A stretch of 64,000 nt of DNA from Chloroflexota bacterium (GTDB lineage: Bacteria; Chloroflexota; UBA11872; UBA12225). Positions 54,497 to 64,000 of this stretch are shown here, piece by piece. Under the pieces are notes generated by a model that was given only the letters and a program-made list of their open reading frames with translations, was not told the DNA's origin and did no database searches. Location: NCBI GenBank assembly GCA_947446285.1, contig CANFGH010000002.1:8000-71999 (forward strand), read 5' to 3'. The translations under genes were made by a program, and so were the position numbers. How positions within the stretch are numbered: the first letter of the stretch is position 1; every line of letters begins with the position of its first letter.

Positions 54497-55719
54497 GCCA
54501 CCCGCACCGCGCACCCAGGAATTTCGTGTCCGCCCGCGTGGAGGCGATTCCACCGTCAGGGATCAGAAAATTCTTCGATGTTGCGGCGACGATGCCCGAC
54601 ATCATCTCCCTCGGCGTTGGTGAACCGGATTTCGTCACGCCCGAACACATCCGTGAAGAGGCAAAGGCATCCCTGGACCGGGGGAAGACCGGCTATACCT
54701 CGAACCGGGGATTGGCCGAGTTGCGGGTCCTGATCGCCAGCGATCTCTCCAACCGGTTCGGGGCCACCTATCACTCGGATGACGAGATCATCGTGACCAC
54801 GGGGGTTTCCGAGGCATTCGACCTCGCCATCCGGGCAACGGTTGACATCGGCGATGAAGTCATCATCCCGGAACCGAGTTATGTCTGTTACGCGCCGTGC
54901 GTCTCCCTTGCGGGCGGAGTGCCGGTGCATGTGCCAACGCACGACATCGATGGCTTCGCGATCACCGCCTCCGCCATCGAGACCGCCATTACCCCACGGA
55001 CTAAGGTGATCGTCCTCGGCTACCCCAACAACCCCACGGGCGGGGCAGTTTCGCGCGTCGACCTCGAGGCAATCGTCCGGCTTGCGGTCAAGCACGACCT
55101 GCTGCTTGTCTCGGACGAAATCTATGCGCGCCTAGTCTACGACGGATGGACGCACACCTGCGTCGCTTCGCTGGCGGGTGCATGGGAACGGACCATCCTT
55201 CTCAATGGGTTCTCCAAGGCCTACGCCATGACTGGTTGGCGCCTTGGCTATGCGTGCGCCCCCCAACATCTGGTGGAAGCGATGATGAAGGTCCACCAAT
55301 ACGGCATGCTGAGTGCGCCGACAATGGCCCAGTACGCCGGCATCGAGGCGCTCCGCAACGGGGAACCAGACGTCCAGACCATGCTCGCCGAATACTCCCG
55401 CCGGCGCACGCTCATCGTGGATGGTCTCAACCGGATTGGCCTGCGTTGCGCCCGACCACAAGGCGCGTTCTACGTGTTCCCGGACATCAGCGGAACCGGA
55501 CTGACGAGCGACGAGTTCGCAAACCGGCTCCTCCAGGAGGAACACGTGGCCGCCATCCCGGGTTCGGTCTTCGGGCCGAGTGGGGAAGGGCACGTCCGCA
55601 TGTGCTACGCAACCAGCACCACGCATCTGGAAGAAGCCATCGATCGCCTGTCGCGCTTCCTCGGCCGGGTAAACAGGTTCACACCTCTCCCGCTGGGGCA
55701 TGGGCAGGGGACCACATAA
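54493..55719 (+). CDS. PLP-dependent aminotransferase class I/II (aspartate aminotransferase-like)
   Basis: 408-aa [59 protein letters not shown] overlap with the gatA stop. Confidence 0.88.
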   Translation: MSHPHRAPRNFVSARVEAIPPSGIRKFFDVAATMPDIISLGVGEPDFVTPEHIREEAKASLDRGKTGYTSNRGLAELRVLIASDLSNRFGATYHSDDEIIVTTGVSEAFDLAIRATVDIGDEVIIPEPSYVCYAPCVSLAGGVPVHVPTHDIDGFAITASAIETAITPRTKVIVLGYPNNPTGGAVSRVDLEAIVRLAVKHDLLLVSDEIYARLVYDGWTHTCVASLAGAWERTILLNGFSKAYAMTGWRLGYACAPQHLVEAMMKVHQYGMLSAPTMAQYAGIEALRNGEPDVQTMLAEYSRRRTLIVDGLNRIGLRCARPQGAFYVFPDISGTGLTSDEFANRLLQEEHVAAIPGSVFGPSGEGHVRMCYATSTTHLEEAIDRLSRFLGRVNRFTPLPLGHGQGTT

Positions 55720-55831
55720 AGATGCTCGGCTTGGGCCACCACGCGCCATCCATGCTTGCAGACGTTTCTCTTGGGGTATCGACGCACCTTCCAGAGGGAT
55801 CCCGCCTCTCGACACGGGAATGGGTCACGAA

Positions 55832-57319
55832 ATGACAGGAACGCATCATGCCGGGACTTCACCGGCCACGGATTACGAGGTAGTCATCGGGCTCGAGGTC
55901 CATGCACAAGTCGTGACCGAAAGCAAGATGTTCTGCGGCTGTTCCTCGCGCTACTCGGGCGCCCCACCCAATACCCTCGTCTGCCCGGTGTGCCTGGGAA
56001 TGCCGGGTTCGCTACCCGTCATGAACCGCACCGCTGTCGAGGCGACGATCATCACCGCCCTTGCCTTGAACTGCGAGATTCCCGAATTCAGCAAGTTCGA
56101 CCGCAAGAACTACAACTACCCCGACCTCATGAAGGGCTACCAGATCAGCCAGTTCGACCTGCCTTTCTCGCAAGCCGGTTGGCTCGAATTCGATGATCCT
56201 GCCAATCCCGGGCAGATGCGTCGCGCTGGAATCACACGGGTCCATCTCGAGGAAGACACCGCAACCCTCAAGCACGTGCGCGACAGCAGCGGCGAGACCT
56301 ACTCCCTAATGGACGTCAACCGTGCCGGCGTTCCTCTCATGGAAATCGTCGGCGATCCTGACCTCCGCACCGCCGACGAAGCCGGTTCATACCTGCGCGC
56401 CGTGCGCCAGATCCTCCGCTATCTCGGTGTCTCCACCGCAAACATGGACGAGGGTGCGTTCCGTTGCGACGCAAATGTCTCCCTGCGTCCGTGGGGCCAG
56501 GCCGAATATGGTGCCAAGGTCGAAGTCAAGAACATGAACTCGTTCCGGTCGGTCGTCAGGGCCATCGAGTTCGAGATCGTGCGTCAACGCGACCTACTTG
56601 ATGCTGGCGGCCGGATCGTCCAGGAGACGCGGGGCTGGGTTGACGACCGGGCCATCACGGTGACGCAACGCAGCAAGGAGGCGGCGCATGATTACCGCTA
56701 CTTCCCCGAACCCGACCTTCCGCCAATCATCACCCCAGAGGCCGAAGTGGAACGGTTGCGATCTCTCCTCCCGGAACTTCCCGACGCCAAGCGTCAGCGA
56801 TTCGCCGACGCATACCGGATGACTTCCGACATTGCAGACACCCTGACACAGACGCGCGCACTCGCCGAGTATTTCGAGCAGACCGTGAACCTTTCCGGCA
56901 ACGCCCGCGCCGCCGCGAACTGGATCACCCGGGATGTCCTCCGCATCCTCGGCGCCACCGGCGCCGAGATCGATCAGATCCTCCTGACCCCCGCGCACCT
57001 TGCTGACCTCATCAAACTGTTGGACACGGGTACGATCAGTGGGCGTACTGCGCCCGAAGTCCTCGAAGAGGCGGTCAGCACGGGGTCGATGCCCCGCGAG
57101 ATCGTCCAGCAACGTGGCCTCGGACAGGTCTCTGATACCGACGCCCTAACCACCGCCGTGGCCGACGCCATTGCATCCAACCCCAAGGCCGTCGCCGATT
57201 ACCGTGCCGGGAAGGCAACCGCAATGGGTTTCCTTGTCGGGGCAGTAATGAAGGCAACGCGCGGGAAAGGCAACCCAGGCCTCGTGAACGAACTTCTCAA
57301 GCAGCAACTCGATGGATAG
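55832..57319 (+). CDS. gatB: Asp/Glu-tRNA(Asn/Gln) amidotransferase subunit B
   Basis: DYEVVIGLEVHAQVVTESKMFCGCS, NRAGVPLMEIV, C-terminal GatB/YqeY domain GFLVGAVMKATRGKGNPGLVNELL. Start at 55832 or 55820. Confidence 0.9.
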   Translation: MTGTHHAGTSPATDYEVVIGLEVHAQVVTESKMFCGCSSRYSGAPPNTLVCPVCLGMPGSLPVMNRTAVEATIITALALNCEIPEFSKFDRKNYNYPDLMKGYQISQFDLPFSQAGWLEFDDPANPGQMRRAGITRVHLEEDTATLKHVRDSSGETYSLMDVNRAGVPLMEIVGDPDLRTADEAGSYLRAVRQILRYLGVSTANMDEGAFRCDANVSLRPWGQAEYGAKVEVKNMNSFRSVVRAIEFEIVRQRDLLDAGGRIVQETRGWVDDRAITVTQRSKEAAHDYRYFPEPDLPPIITPEAEVERLRSLLPELPDAKRQRFADAYRMTSDIADTLTQTRALAEYFEQTVNLSGNARAAANWITRDVLRILGATGAEIDQILLTPAHLADLIKLLDTGTISGRTAPEVLEEAVSTGSMPREIVQQRGLGQVSDTDALTTAVADAIASNPKAVADYRAGKATAMGFLVGAVMKATRGKGNPGLVNELLKQQLDG

Positions 57320-58868
57320 CACGGACGGCCCCGGACGCCCCAGAACCCAGGACCTGGATGCCCGATTCCTTGGGGATGACCCCGAAAATGATGGCGAACC
57401 AGCTCCTCCACCGGTTCGGCGCCGCACGCTTGAGGATCCCTACGAAGTCGACCTCCCCCTACATGGGGTAAGTCACGGCGGTGAGGCGGTTGGTCGCGTC
57501 GATGGGCAAATCGCCTTCATCTCTGGCGCCCTGCCAGACGAGAAAGTTCACGCCCTCATCACCGAACGCAAGCCCTCGTACTTGAGGGGATTGACGCTTT
57601 CAGTCACGGCAGCGTCGCCAGACCGGACCGAACCGCCGTGCCCCCATTTCGGCCTGTGCGGTGGGTGCCACTGGCAACACGCCGACTACGAGGCGCAGCT
57701 GCGTTACAAGACCCAGGTCCTGCGCGATCAGTTGCGCCGTCTTGCTGGCATCGATGATCCACCGATGGTCCCCGCGGTCGGGTCGCCAAACCCATGGAAT
57801 TACCGCAACAGCGTGCAACTCGTGCCCGGTTTCGGGCCAAAGGGCGAACGCTCGCTGAATTACCAGGTTGCGCACGCCCAGGGCATGGTGCCGATTGATG
57901 TCTGCGCGATTGCGTCCAAGGACATCAACCGCGCGATCGAGATCATGCCCTGGGCGCTCATTCCCGAGGAGACTTGGGAACGCCTCGACGCGATCATCCT
58001 GCGTCACGCCCCGCCAATCCCCGGCATGCCGATGGTCGCGACCCGCCTCCGCGAAATGGCGCCAAAGCCCATCCAAGGGCGCATGATGCCACCGGGCCCC
58101 GTTCGGGACGAACAAGGAATCGGGTACGGCATCCAGGTAACCGTGGTGTGCCGGTCGCCGGTGTCGAAGCGGGACATGCGGGCGTTCGTCGATGCTACGG
58201 TGAAGTCTGTCCCAGATCTCGCGGCGATCATGGTTGCCCGAGGCCGACATGATCGCGGAACGCTTCTCTGGGGGTTCCCAACCCTCGCCTATGAGATGGG
58301 TGGCCAGATCCTTGCCGTCCCTCCAGGCGCATTCTTTCAAGTGAACCTCGGTGCCGCTGACCGTCTTGTTGCCCGGGTACGCGAATGGCTTGCACCTACA
58401 AAGACCAGCCAGATCATCGATGCGTACTCGGGTGTCGGAGTGTTCGCACTCAACCTCGCACCATTCGCCGGAGCAGTTGTCGCAATCGAGAGCGACGATT
58501 CAGCCGTCGCCGGGGCGTACGACAACGTCGCCGCCCTGGGCCATACCAACGTGGCCATCCATCACGAACCAGTCGAGACCGCCCTGCCTCGGCTTGCAAA
58601 GGGTTCATCGGTCCCTGACAGGTCCGTCATCCTGGATCCTCCACGGCGGGGAGTTGAACCAGCCGTGCTGGACGCGCTCGCAATTCTCGCACCGGACCGC
58701 ATCGTGTACGTGTCGTGCGAACCCTCAACCCTCTCGCGCGACCTGAAGCGCCTGATTGCATCGGGCTACCGCCTGACACGAACCGGGGTCATCGACATCT
58801 TTCCGCAGACCTACCACTTGGAGTCAGTCTCTCTCCTCGAACGGGTTGAAGGAGAAACAAACCAGTAA
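57312..58868 (+). CDS. RumA/RlmD-type (uracil-5) RNA methyltransferase with TRAM domain and Fe-S cysteine cluster
   Basis: 518-aa ORF. HGVSHGGEAVGRVDGQIAFISGALPDE (TRAM-like), PCPHFGLCGGCHWQH, DAYSGVGVFAL (SAM motif I), LDPPRRG, YVSCEPSTLSRDL. Overlaps the gatB end by 8 nt. Confidence 0.85.
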   Translation: MDSTDGPGRPRTQDLDARFLGDDPENDGEPAPPPVRRRTLEDPYEVDLPLHGVSHGGEAVGRVDGQIAFISGALPDEKVHALITERKPSYLRGLTLSVTAASPDRTEPPCPHFGLCGGCHWQHADYEAQLRYKTQVLRDQLRRLAGIDDPPMVPAVGSPNPWNYRNSVQLVPGFGPKGERSLNYQVAHAQGMVPIDVCAIASKDINRAIEIMPWALIPEETWERLDAIILRHAPPIPGMPMVATRLREMAPKPIQGRMMPPGPVRDEQGIGYGIQVTVVCRSPVSKRDMRAFVDATVKSVPDLAAIMVARGRHDRGTLLWGFPTLAYEMGGQILAVPPGAFFQVNLGAADRLVARVREWLAPTKTSQIIDAYSGVGVFALNLAPFAGAVVAIESDDSAVAGAYDNVAALGHTNVAIHHEPVETALPRLAKGSSVPDRSVILDPPRRGVEPAVLDALAILAPDRIVYVSCEPSTLSRDLKRLIASGYRLTRTGVIDIFPQTYHLESVSLLERVEGETNQ

Positions 58869-58897
58869 TCGCGACCGGCTTCGGCCCCACTCACGTG

Positions 58898-58962
58898 GCG
58901 CGGAACACCATCGGTTGGACCAAGCGAACTCGTACACCCCTCGACCTACTCCCTGGGAGCGC
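58898..58962. repeat. Intergenic repeat X, copy 1
   Basis: gaacaccatcggttggaccaagcgaactcgtacacccctcgacc. Compare with copy 2. Confidence 0.75.
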
Positions 58963-59094
58963 CGGCGCCCTCGCCGGCCCATCCCATCACGCACGATGCT
59001 TGGATGCGGGACCTGCTGTCCTCTCCAACCAACCCACCACGTCGCGGCGACAAGTGCCTGCACGCTTACGCACCGATTTTTTCGGCACAGGTTC

Positions 59095-59160
59095 CATGCC
59101 ACTGAACACCGCTGGTTGGGCCACGCAAACTCGCACCCCTCTCACACCATGGGGAGCATG
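59095..59160. repeat. Intergenic repeat X, copy 2
   Basis: gaacaccgctggttgggccacgcaaactcgcacccctctcacacc, ~75-80% identical to copy 1. Both copies are followed ~90-110 bp later by ggacctgctg. Confidence 0.75.
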
Positions 59161-59192
59161 GACGGTCACACGCGAGTGGTCGGACCTGCTGA

Positions 59193-59972
59193 TCAGGAGC
59201 GACGGGATGTGGCGTGGCTCCGCGACTCTTCCACGAGTGCCCTGAACAGCCGATGGTGGACCTCGTATTCCGCGTCGAGGAATTCAGGATGCCACTGCAC
59301 GCCAAGGACGAAGCGACGGTCTGGCATCTCGAGTGCCTCGATGCACCCATCAGGCGCATGGGCGGACGCGACCAATCCGGCCGGCACAACCCTCACGGCC
59401 TGGTGATGCAGGCTGTTCACCCGCAGATCGGTCTCCGGTCCCAGTTCCAGGACACCGTGCAATTTCGTCCCGGGCACGACTGCCACGCCGTGGGCAGTGG
59501 GTTGCGACTTCGTTTCATACTGACGATGCAGTATCTCCACGCCACGCTGGGAAGGTAGATCCTGCCAGAGGGCACCACCCATCGCGATACCGAGAACCTG
59601 GCAACCCCGGCACAACGCAAGGATTGGAACGTCTCTTTCGATTGCCCGGCGCATCAAGGGCAACTCGAAGGCGTCCACTTCGGGCGCTGGTTCAACCGTC
59701 TCATTGATCGCGACCTCCCCGTACTCGCAGGGATCAATGTCTGGCCCACCCGCGAAGATCAGACCATCAACACGATCAAGGAATTGGTCGATATCCGACA
59801 GATCGACGACCGGAGGAATCAGGATAGCGATGCCACCCGCGCGTCGCACCGCGTCAATATCGGGCCCGCGAACGCCAACCACCGGGACGCCAACCTGGGC
59901 ATTCGGTTCAGGGTTCAGCGACGCCGTAATCCCGATGATTGGTGGACGTCCGGCGGCGCCCGTCCGCCTCAC
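59193..59972 (-). CDS. Class I glutamine amidotransferase-like hydrolase (peptidase C26 / PuuD-like), paralog 2
   Basis: Start at the GTG that overlaps the upstream TGA (GTGA at 59969-59972). RPPIIGITAS.., ILALCRGCQVLGIAMGG (nucleophile Cys), GVQWHPEF. Confidence 0.8.
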   Translation of the reverse strand: MRRTGAAGRPPIIGITASLNPEPNAQVGVPVVGVRGPDIDAVRRAGGIAILIPPVVDLSDIDQFLDRVDGLIFAGGPDIDPCEYGEVAINETVEPAPEVDAFELPLMRRAIERDVPILALCRGCQVLGIAMGGALWQDLPSQRGVEILHRQYETKSQPTAHGVAVVPGTKLHGVLELGPETDLRVNSLHHQAVRVVPAGLVASAHAPDGCIEALEMPDRRFVLGVQWHPEFLDAEYEVHHRLFRALVEESRSHATSRRS

Positions 59973-60754
59973 ACGTCGCCTCGGGAAGCATTCACGAGCG
60001 ACTCGAACAACCGCCGATGGACCTCTTGTCCCGGCGCAAGGAACTCGGGATGCCACTGCACACCCACGGCAAAACGACGGGCGGGTGCCTCTATGGCCTC
60101 GATGCATCCGTTGGGTGCATACGCCGTCGGGACGAAGCCGTCCGGGACACGATGGATCGCCTGGTGGTGAAAGGTGTTCGTCGGCACATCCTCGAACGGA
60201 GACACGCCGAGAATTGCTTGCAATCGCGTGTGGGGTTCAACCCGTACCGTGTGGGTCGTCTCGGCCCGTGCCTCCTTCTGGGAGTGCACCAATCCGTCTG
60301 GTTTCTGCGAGGGCAGGTCCTGCCAGAGGGATCCCCCAAGCGCGACACCCATCACCTGGCAACCACGGCAGATCGCAAGCACGGGTAGGTCACGGGCAAC
60401 GGCACGGCGCATCAGGGGCAGTTCAAAGGCGTCGCGTTCAGGCGTCACCACCACCGTGTCGTTCACTGGCGCCTCGCCGTACTCAGCGGGATCAACATCC
60501 CTGCCCCCGGTAAACAACAGCCCATCAACAAGGTCAAGCACCTGATCAATCTCATCTGCATCCGAAATAGGAGGCAACAGGAACGCCAATCCCCCGGCCC
60601 TTTGGACGGCGTGAACATCTGCCGACCGCGAGCCAATGATCGGCAGGCCAAGCGGAGCGTTCTCGGGAATGTGTGAGTACCCGGTAATCCCGATCACCGG
60701 TCGACGGGTCGCTGAGGGCGAATGCACGGATTGAAGCCTGTCTGTGTCTTCCAC
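59969..60754 (-). CDS. Class I glutamine amidotransferase-like hydrolase (peptidase C26 / PuuD-like), paralog 1
   Basis: Start at GTG 60754 preceded by AAGGAG at ~7 nt. RRPVIGITGY.., VLAICRGCQVMGVALGG, GVQWHPEF. Collinear with the downstream paralog. Confidence 0.8.
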   Translation of the reverse strand: MEDTDRLQSVHSPSATRRPVIGITGYSHIPENAPLGLPIIGSRSADVHAVQRAGGLAFLLPPISDADEIDQVLDLVDGLLFTGGRDVDPAEYGEAPVNDTVVVTPERDAFELPLMRRAVARDLPVLAICRGCQVMGVALGGSLWQDLPSQKPDGLVHSQKEARAETTHTVRVEPHTRLQAILGVSPFEDVPTNTFHHQAIHRVPDGFVPTAYAPNGCIEAIEAPARRFAVGVQWHPEFLAPGQEVHRRLFESLVNASRGDV

Positions 60755-60933
60755 CGCGAACTCTCCTTTGCCACCCACCGCCTGCACGATGGGTTCCCGG
60801 CCATTTGAGGATGTAAAAGGGTAGCCAGTCTCCGGATGATTATTCACGGTCGTGCTAGCACGGTCCATTCGCGCGTTATGCACTTGAATCCTCGCCAGAC
60901 GACAATGGAGGTCGTTCGGCAAGACAAACCCGG

Positions 60934-62523
60934 ATGATGATAGTCAATCAGCCCGACGCACCCGACAACATCCCGGCCAAGTCAGTGCCCACGGGTGACG
61001 AACCGACCCCGGACGCAGTCCCTGCGCGGGATGCGATCCCGGCAACGGGCAGCACTGCACGACGCATCCTGAAGAACACGGCCTCACCATTTGTCGCCTC
61101 TCTCGGCGCGCGGGTGCTCTCCTGGGGTCTGGCCATCGTGATGGCCCGCACCATTGGACCGGGCGGAACTGGCGACTACGCCATCGCCGTGAATCTCTGG
61201 TTGTACGCCAGCATCATCGCGGACTTCGGTCTCGGTACATGGCTTACCCGCGAGGTCGCGCGCGCGCGCAACCTCACCGATGGCTCCGCCCACGCACGAA
61301 CCGTCGTGGCATCCACACTCGGCATCCGGCTTGTCCTGAGCGCGATCGCAGCCATCCTGATGGGCCTGCTTGCAATCGTTGGTGTCTCAACGGGACGGCT
61401 CTCAGTTGACCTCGCCTGGACGATTGTCCTACTTGCGATCGGCCTCATACCCGGTGCCATCAGCGCGTCAGGAAGTGCGGTCTTCAACGCGAATGAGCGC
61501 ATGACCTTCCCAGCGGCAATGCAGCTGGTTTCCGGTGGCATATCTACCGTGGCAGGGATGGTCGCAATCCTCGCCGGCCAAGGCACAGTCGGACTCGCCG
61601 CCGTTTCACTCCTCACCAACGTGATCAGCGCAATCATCTTTGCCGTGGCGGTGCGACGGACCTTCTTCCCGCTCGCTGTCATCTGGCCCGACCGGTCAGT
61701 GCGGTCCCTCGCAACCGACACCGTACCTCTGATGCTCAACAACCTCCTGAACAATGTCTTCTTTCGGATTGACGTCCAGATCCTTGGCTCATGGGGCCGC
61801 GCCACGGTCGGTCAATACGCGAGCGCTTACAAGATCATCGATGGCGTTGGCACTGTGCCAAGCAGTTTCGTGCTCGCACTCTTCCCGGTCTTGTCGCGCC
61901 GCGCCGGTGACGCCGACGGGGCCCTCGCCCGCATCTACCACCTCGCCCTGACACTCCTCGTCGCGGTCGCGATCCCCTTGGCGACATTGCTTACGTGGAC
62001 CGCGTACCCGGTCTCACGCCTGCTATGGGGTGAAACGTTCCTGCCCGAAAGCGCCCGCGCCCTGCAGATCCTGATCTGGTTCCTGCCCTTGAGTTTCATC
62101 AATGGCCTGACACAGTACGTACTTATCGCCCTGGGACTGCAATCGCGAATCACTGTTGCGTTTGCAATTGCCGCCGCATTCAACCTTGCAGCCAACCTGA
62201 TCCTGATCCCGATGTTCGGCTATTCCGCGGCTGCCGTGGTCACGATTGCCACCGAAGTTGTCCTGCTTGCACCATTTGTCCGGGTGATCGGATCACGGAT
62301 ACCGCTGAATACCCTTGCCGTCGCCATCCTGCGACCAGTGCCCGCCGCGATCCTTTTCGCCGGGATCATCGTGGCGATTACTCCTTTGACGGACTGGGGT
62401 GCTGGCATCTTCGCGTGTGCCGTCTATCCGTTGGCGTTGTGGTTCGGTGGAGCCATCACGCCGGCAGACCGCGAACTCCTGCTATCGGTCGTTCGCCAAA
62501 AACCCTCCGCCCAGGCAATCTGA
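60934..62523 (+). CDS. Polysaccharide/oligosaccharide flippase (Wzx/MOP superfamily), second copy
   Basis: 529-aa ORF. RILKNTASPFVASLGARVLSWGLAIVMARTIGPGGTGDY followed by ~14 hydrophobic segments. Confidence 0.8.
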   Translation: MMIVNQPDAPDNIPAKSVPTGDEPTPDAVPARDAIPATGSTARRILKNTASPFVASLGARVLSWGLAIVMARTIGPGGTGDYAIAVNLWLYASIIADFGLGTWLTREVARARNLTDGSAHARTVVASTLGIRLVLSAIAAILMGLLAIVGVSTGRLSVDLAWTIVLLAIGLIPGAISASGSAVFNANERMTFPAAMQLVSGGISTVAGMVAILAGQGTVGLAAVSLLTNVISAIIFAVAVRRTFFPLAVIWPDRSVRSLATDTVPLMLNNLLNNVFFRIDVQILGSWGRATVGQYASAYKIIDGVGTVPSSFVLALFPVLSRRAGDADGALARIYHLALTLLVAVAIPLATLLTWTAYPVSRLLWGETFLPESARALQILIWFLPLSFINGLTQYVLIALGLQSRITVAFAIAAAFNLAANLILIPMFGYSAAAVVTIATEVVLLAPFVRVIGSRIPLNTLAVAILRPVPAAILFAGIIVAITPLTDWGAGIFACAVYPLALWFGGAITPADRELLLSVVRQKPSAQAI

Positions 62524-62584
62524 TCCCAAGGTCGAGCTGTGCGACCACTGTCGTAGTGCAACGCCGACGGTGGGATGCTCAGGG

Positions 62585-63784
62585 CTACTTCCTGGCGGGT
62601 GCCTGCCTCGCTTCGCGGTATAGGTTGAGTGTTGACGCCACCACTGAGGGCCATTCAAAACGGGTCGCGAACTCCTGGCCCCGCGTCTGCAATTCCTGGC
62701 GCAAATCTGGCGACATGATCAACTTGTCTATCGCGATTGCAATCGCCTGCGGATCAGGCGCGTACGCAATCTCCACTGGAGGCGTACCCCGCAACCAGTC
62801 CACTGGCATGGACGGTTCGGTCGTCACCACGGGAATCCCTTGCGCCCACGCCGCAATCAGGCTTGTCCGCCGCAGCGATGCGCCATCCCGGAACGGCAGT
62901 GACATGATGTCCACACACCGCAACCACCCGACTGCGTCAGGGACGGAAACCCGCGACGTCCAGTGCACGCGGTCTGACAGTCCAAGCTTGCCAATCATCG
63001 AGATCAAGGAATCAAGATAGCGGCCACTGTCAGGATCCGTCGCACTCACCACCTGCCCGATCATCAGCAAATGGGCATCGTGTCCGGCGGCGACCAACAT
63101 CGCCATCGCCGTGACCGTCGCGTCAACGGCCTTGCTTGCATTTACGAAGCCGAGATGGCCAAGCACAATCGAACTAGGCCCAATTCCACGATCGGCTCGC
63201 CACGCATCCCGGTCGAACCCTGGGGGAGGGGCTTCATCAAAGTGGTTGCCCAGTGGAACATGCGCCACGGCTATCTGGTGCCCAAGGCCAGCCGTCCAAC
63301 CGTACAACTGCCCGACCGAGTCGTCGGAGACCGAGAGAATCCCGTCAGAGTTCTGGGCCATGTCTTGCACGAACCGGCGACGCAATTTCCCTACTTTCGG
63401 AAAGAGATACGGAACGGCAAGGTCGTGGAACGTCGTGACGACTGCTGGCGCGGTCGGGCGCCTCCGCAGGAATCGCGGAAGGAGGCAGATTGCACCGTTC
63501 AGGGCATATGCGCCTGGTTGATATTGGATATGCGCGACATCCCACGCCTGCCGGATCGCCAAGCGGGGTAGCGAAAACAAGATGCGCCAGTCCCAACGGT
63601 CCACGATGCGTTGCACGCGCGATCCGCGAGCGAGGTTGTCATCGTCCGGGCTATTCGTCCCGTAACTTGTAACGACTTGGACCCCGTGACCAAGCCCACG
63701 CAACTCGTGCGCCAGACGCGCGGTGTGATCGCCGACGCCGCCGGTTCGTGGCGGGTATTCTGCGGAGATCAGGCCAATTCGCAT
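62585..63784 (-). CDS. Glycosyltransferase, GT4 family
   Basis: ORF is open to 63970, but the GT4 N-terminus starts at ATG 63784: MRIGLISAEYPPRTGGVGDHTARLAHELRGLGHGVQVVT. C-terminal SLIAAWAQGIPVVTTEPS. Confidence 0.85.
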   Translation of the reverse strand: MRIGLISAEYPPRTGGVGDHTARLAHELRGLGHGVQVVTSYGTNSPDDDNLARGSRVQRIVDRWDWRILFSLPRLAIRQAWDVAHIQYQPGAYALNGAICLLPRFLRRRPTAPAVVTTFHDLAVPYLFPKVGKLRRRFVQDMAQNSDGILSVSDDSVGQLYGWTAGLGHQIAVAHVPLGNHFDEAPPPGFDRDAWRADRGIGPSSIVLGHLGFVNASKAVDATVTAMAMLVAAGHDAHLLMIGQVVSATDPDSGRYLDSLISMIGKLGLSDRVHWTSRVSVPDAVGWLRCVDIMSLPFRDGASLRRTSLIAAWAQGIPVVTTEPSMPVDWLRGTPPVEIAYAPDPQAIAIAIDKLIMSPDLRQELQTRGQEFATRFEWPSVVASTLNLYREARQAPARK

Positions 63785-63902
63785 CCACAGAAGGGTACGT
63801 GATCCCGATTTTCGACCCTGACTAGGGTACCCGCAACCGCCTGCTCGGCACTCCCAAAGGCACGGTCCGTCGCCACCCCTGCCAACGCATGAACCAGGCT
63901 CA

Positions 63903-63928
63903 GCGCTTGAACTCTTGGTTGCAAGCGC
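63903..63928 (-). terminator. Hairpin after the stop of the edge gene
   Basis: GCGCTTG-12 nt-CAAGCGC, a perfect 7-bp stem. No U-tract. Confidence 0.25.
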
Positions 63929-63941
63929 GAACCCTACGTGC

Positions 63942-64000
63942 CTACGCGCGGTACACGACTTCACCGTCAAAGACGGTTGCGACCACCCGGATGCTGGAAA
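63942..64000 (-). CDS. 3' end of an unidentified gene (only 19 codons in window)
   Basis: Reverse frame reads ..SSIRVVATVFDGEVVYRA* with TAG at 63944-63942. Followed by a 7-bp-stem hairpin. Too short to name. Confidence 0.3.
   Translation of the reverse strand, partial: SSIRVVATVFDGEVVYRA

Noticed and set aside
1-64000. Mobile genetic element, prophage, defence island, tRNA or rRNA genes.
   Set aside because: I found no integrase, transposase or recombinase, and no phage structural, restriction-modification, toxin-antitoxin or cas-like proteins in any frame. No tRNA-like T-arm/acceptor patterns or rRNA segments were seen. Composition is uniform apart from two ~50-bp AT-rich promoter-like patches.

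Overview
High-GC (~65%), gene-dense bacterial chromosome segment. I found no rRNA, tRNA, CRISPR array, transposase or integrase. Taxon cannot be fixed from the sequence alone.

Positions 1-44.2 kb form one very large cell-envelope glycan-assembly locus:
- at least 10 GT4-type and 2 GT2-type glycosyltransferase domains, including a GT4-GT4 fusion and a 1010-aa GT2+GT4 protein
- a Wzx/MOP flippase
- a Wzm/Wzt ABC exporter whose ATPase carries a ~390-aa C-terminal extension
- a hexapeptide acyltransferase
- a radical SAM/SPASM enzyme
- a nitroreductase-methyltransferase fusion
- six giant polytopic membrane proteins (four ArnT/PMT-like GT-C candidates and two YfhO-like). Four of these are chained by 4-nt start/stop overlaps at 22.8-33.2 kb.

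No initiating phosphoglycosyltransferase and no nucleotide-sugar synthesis genes are visible.

Positions 44.3-60.8 kb are housekeeping: recX, Zn-ADH, pcrA, gatC-gatA-(aminotransferase)-gatB, a RumA-type RNA methyltransferase and tandem class-I amidotransferase paralogs. This stretch shows a striking concentration of damaged genes:
- a GNAT gene with two in-frame stops
- an ECF sigma gene frameshifted by a CCATCAC x3 repeat
- a truncated anti-sigma gene fused to an HxlR remnant

A second flippase and another GT4 follow at 60.9-63.8 kb.

The most unusual signals:
1. The GT-C/YfhO gene array and a conserved 'ETAEWAWDRPD' module shared by three of its proteins.
2. Two families of short GC-rich dispersed repeats, a CCCCTC..GAGGGG hairpin and a CCCCATCGCCCCTGATT element. 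They sit in intergenic gaps but are also read through in frame inside several CDSs.
3. G-quadruplex-type tracts on the sense strand of two genes.

Gene starts are often ambiguous because high GC inflates ORFs. Functional calls come from motif recognition only; no searches were run.
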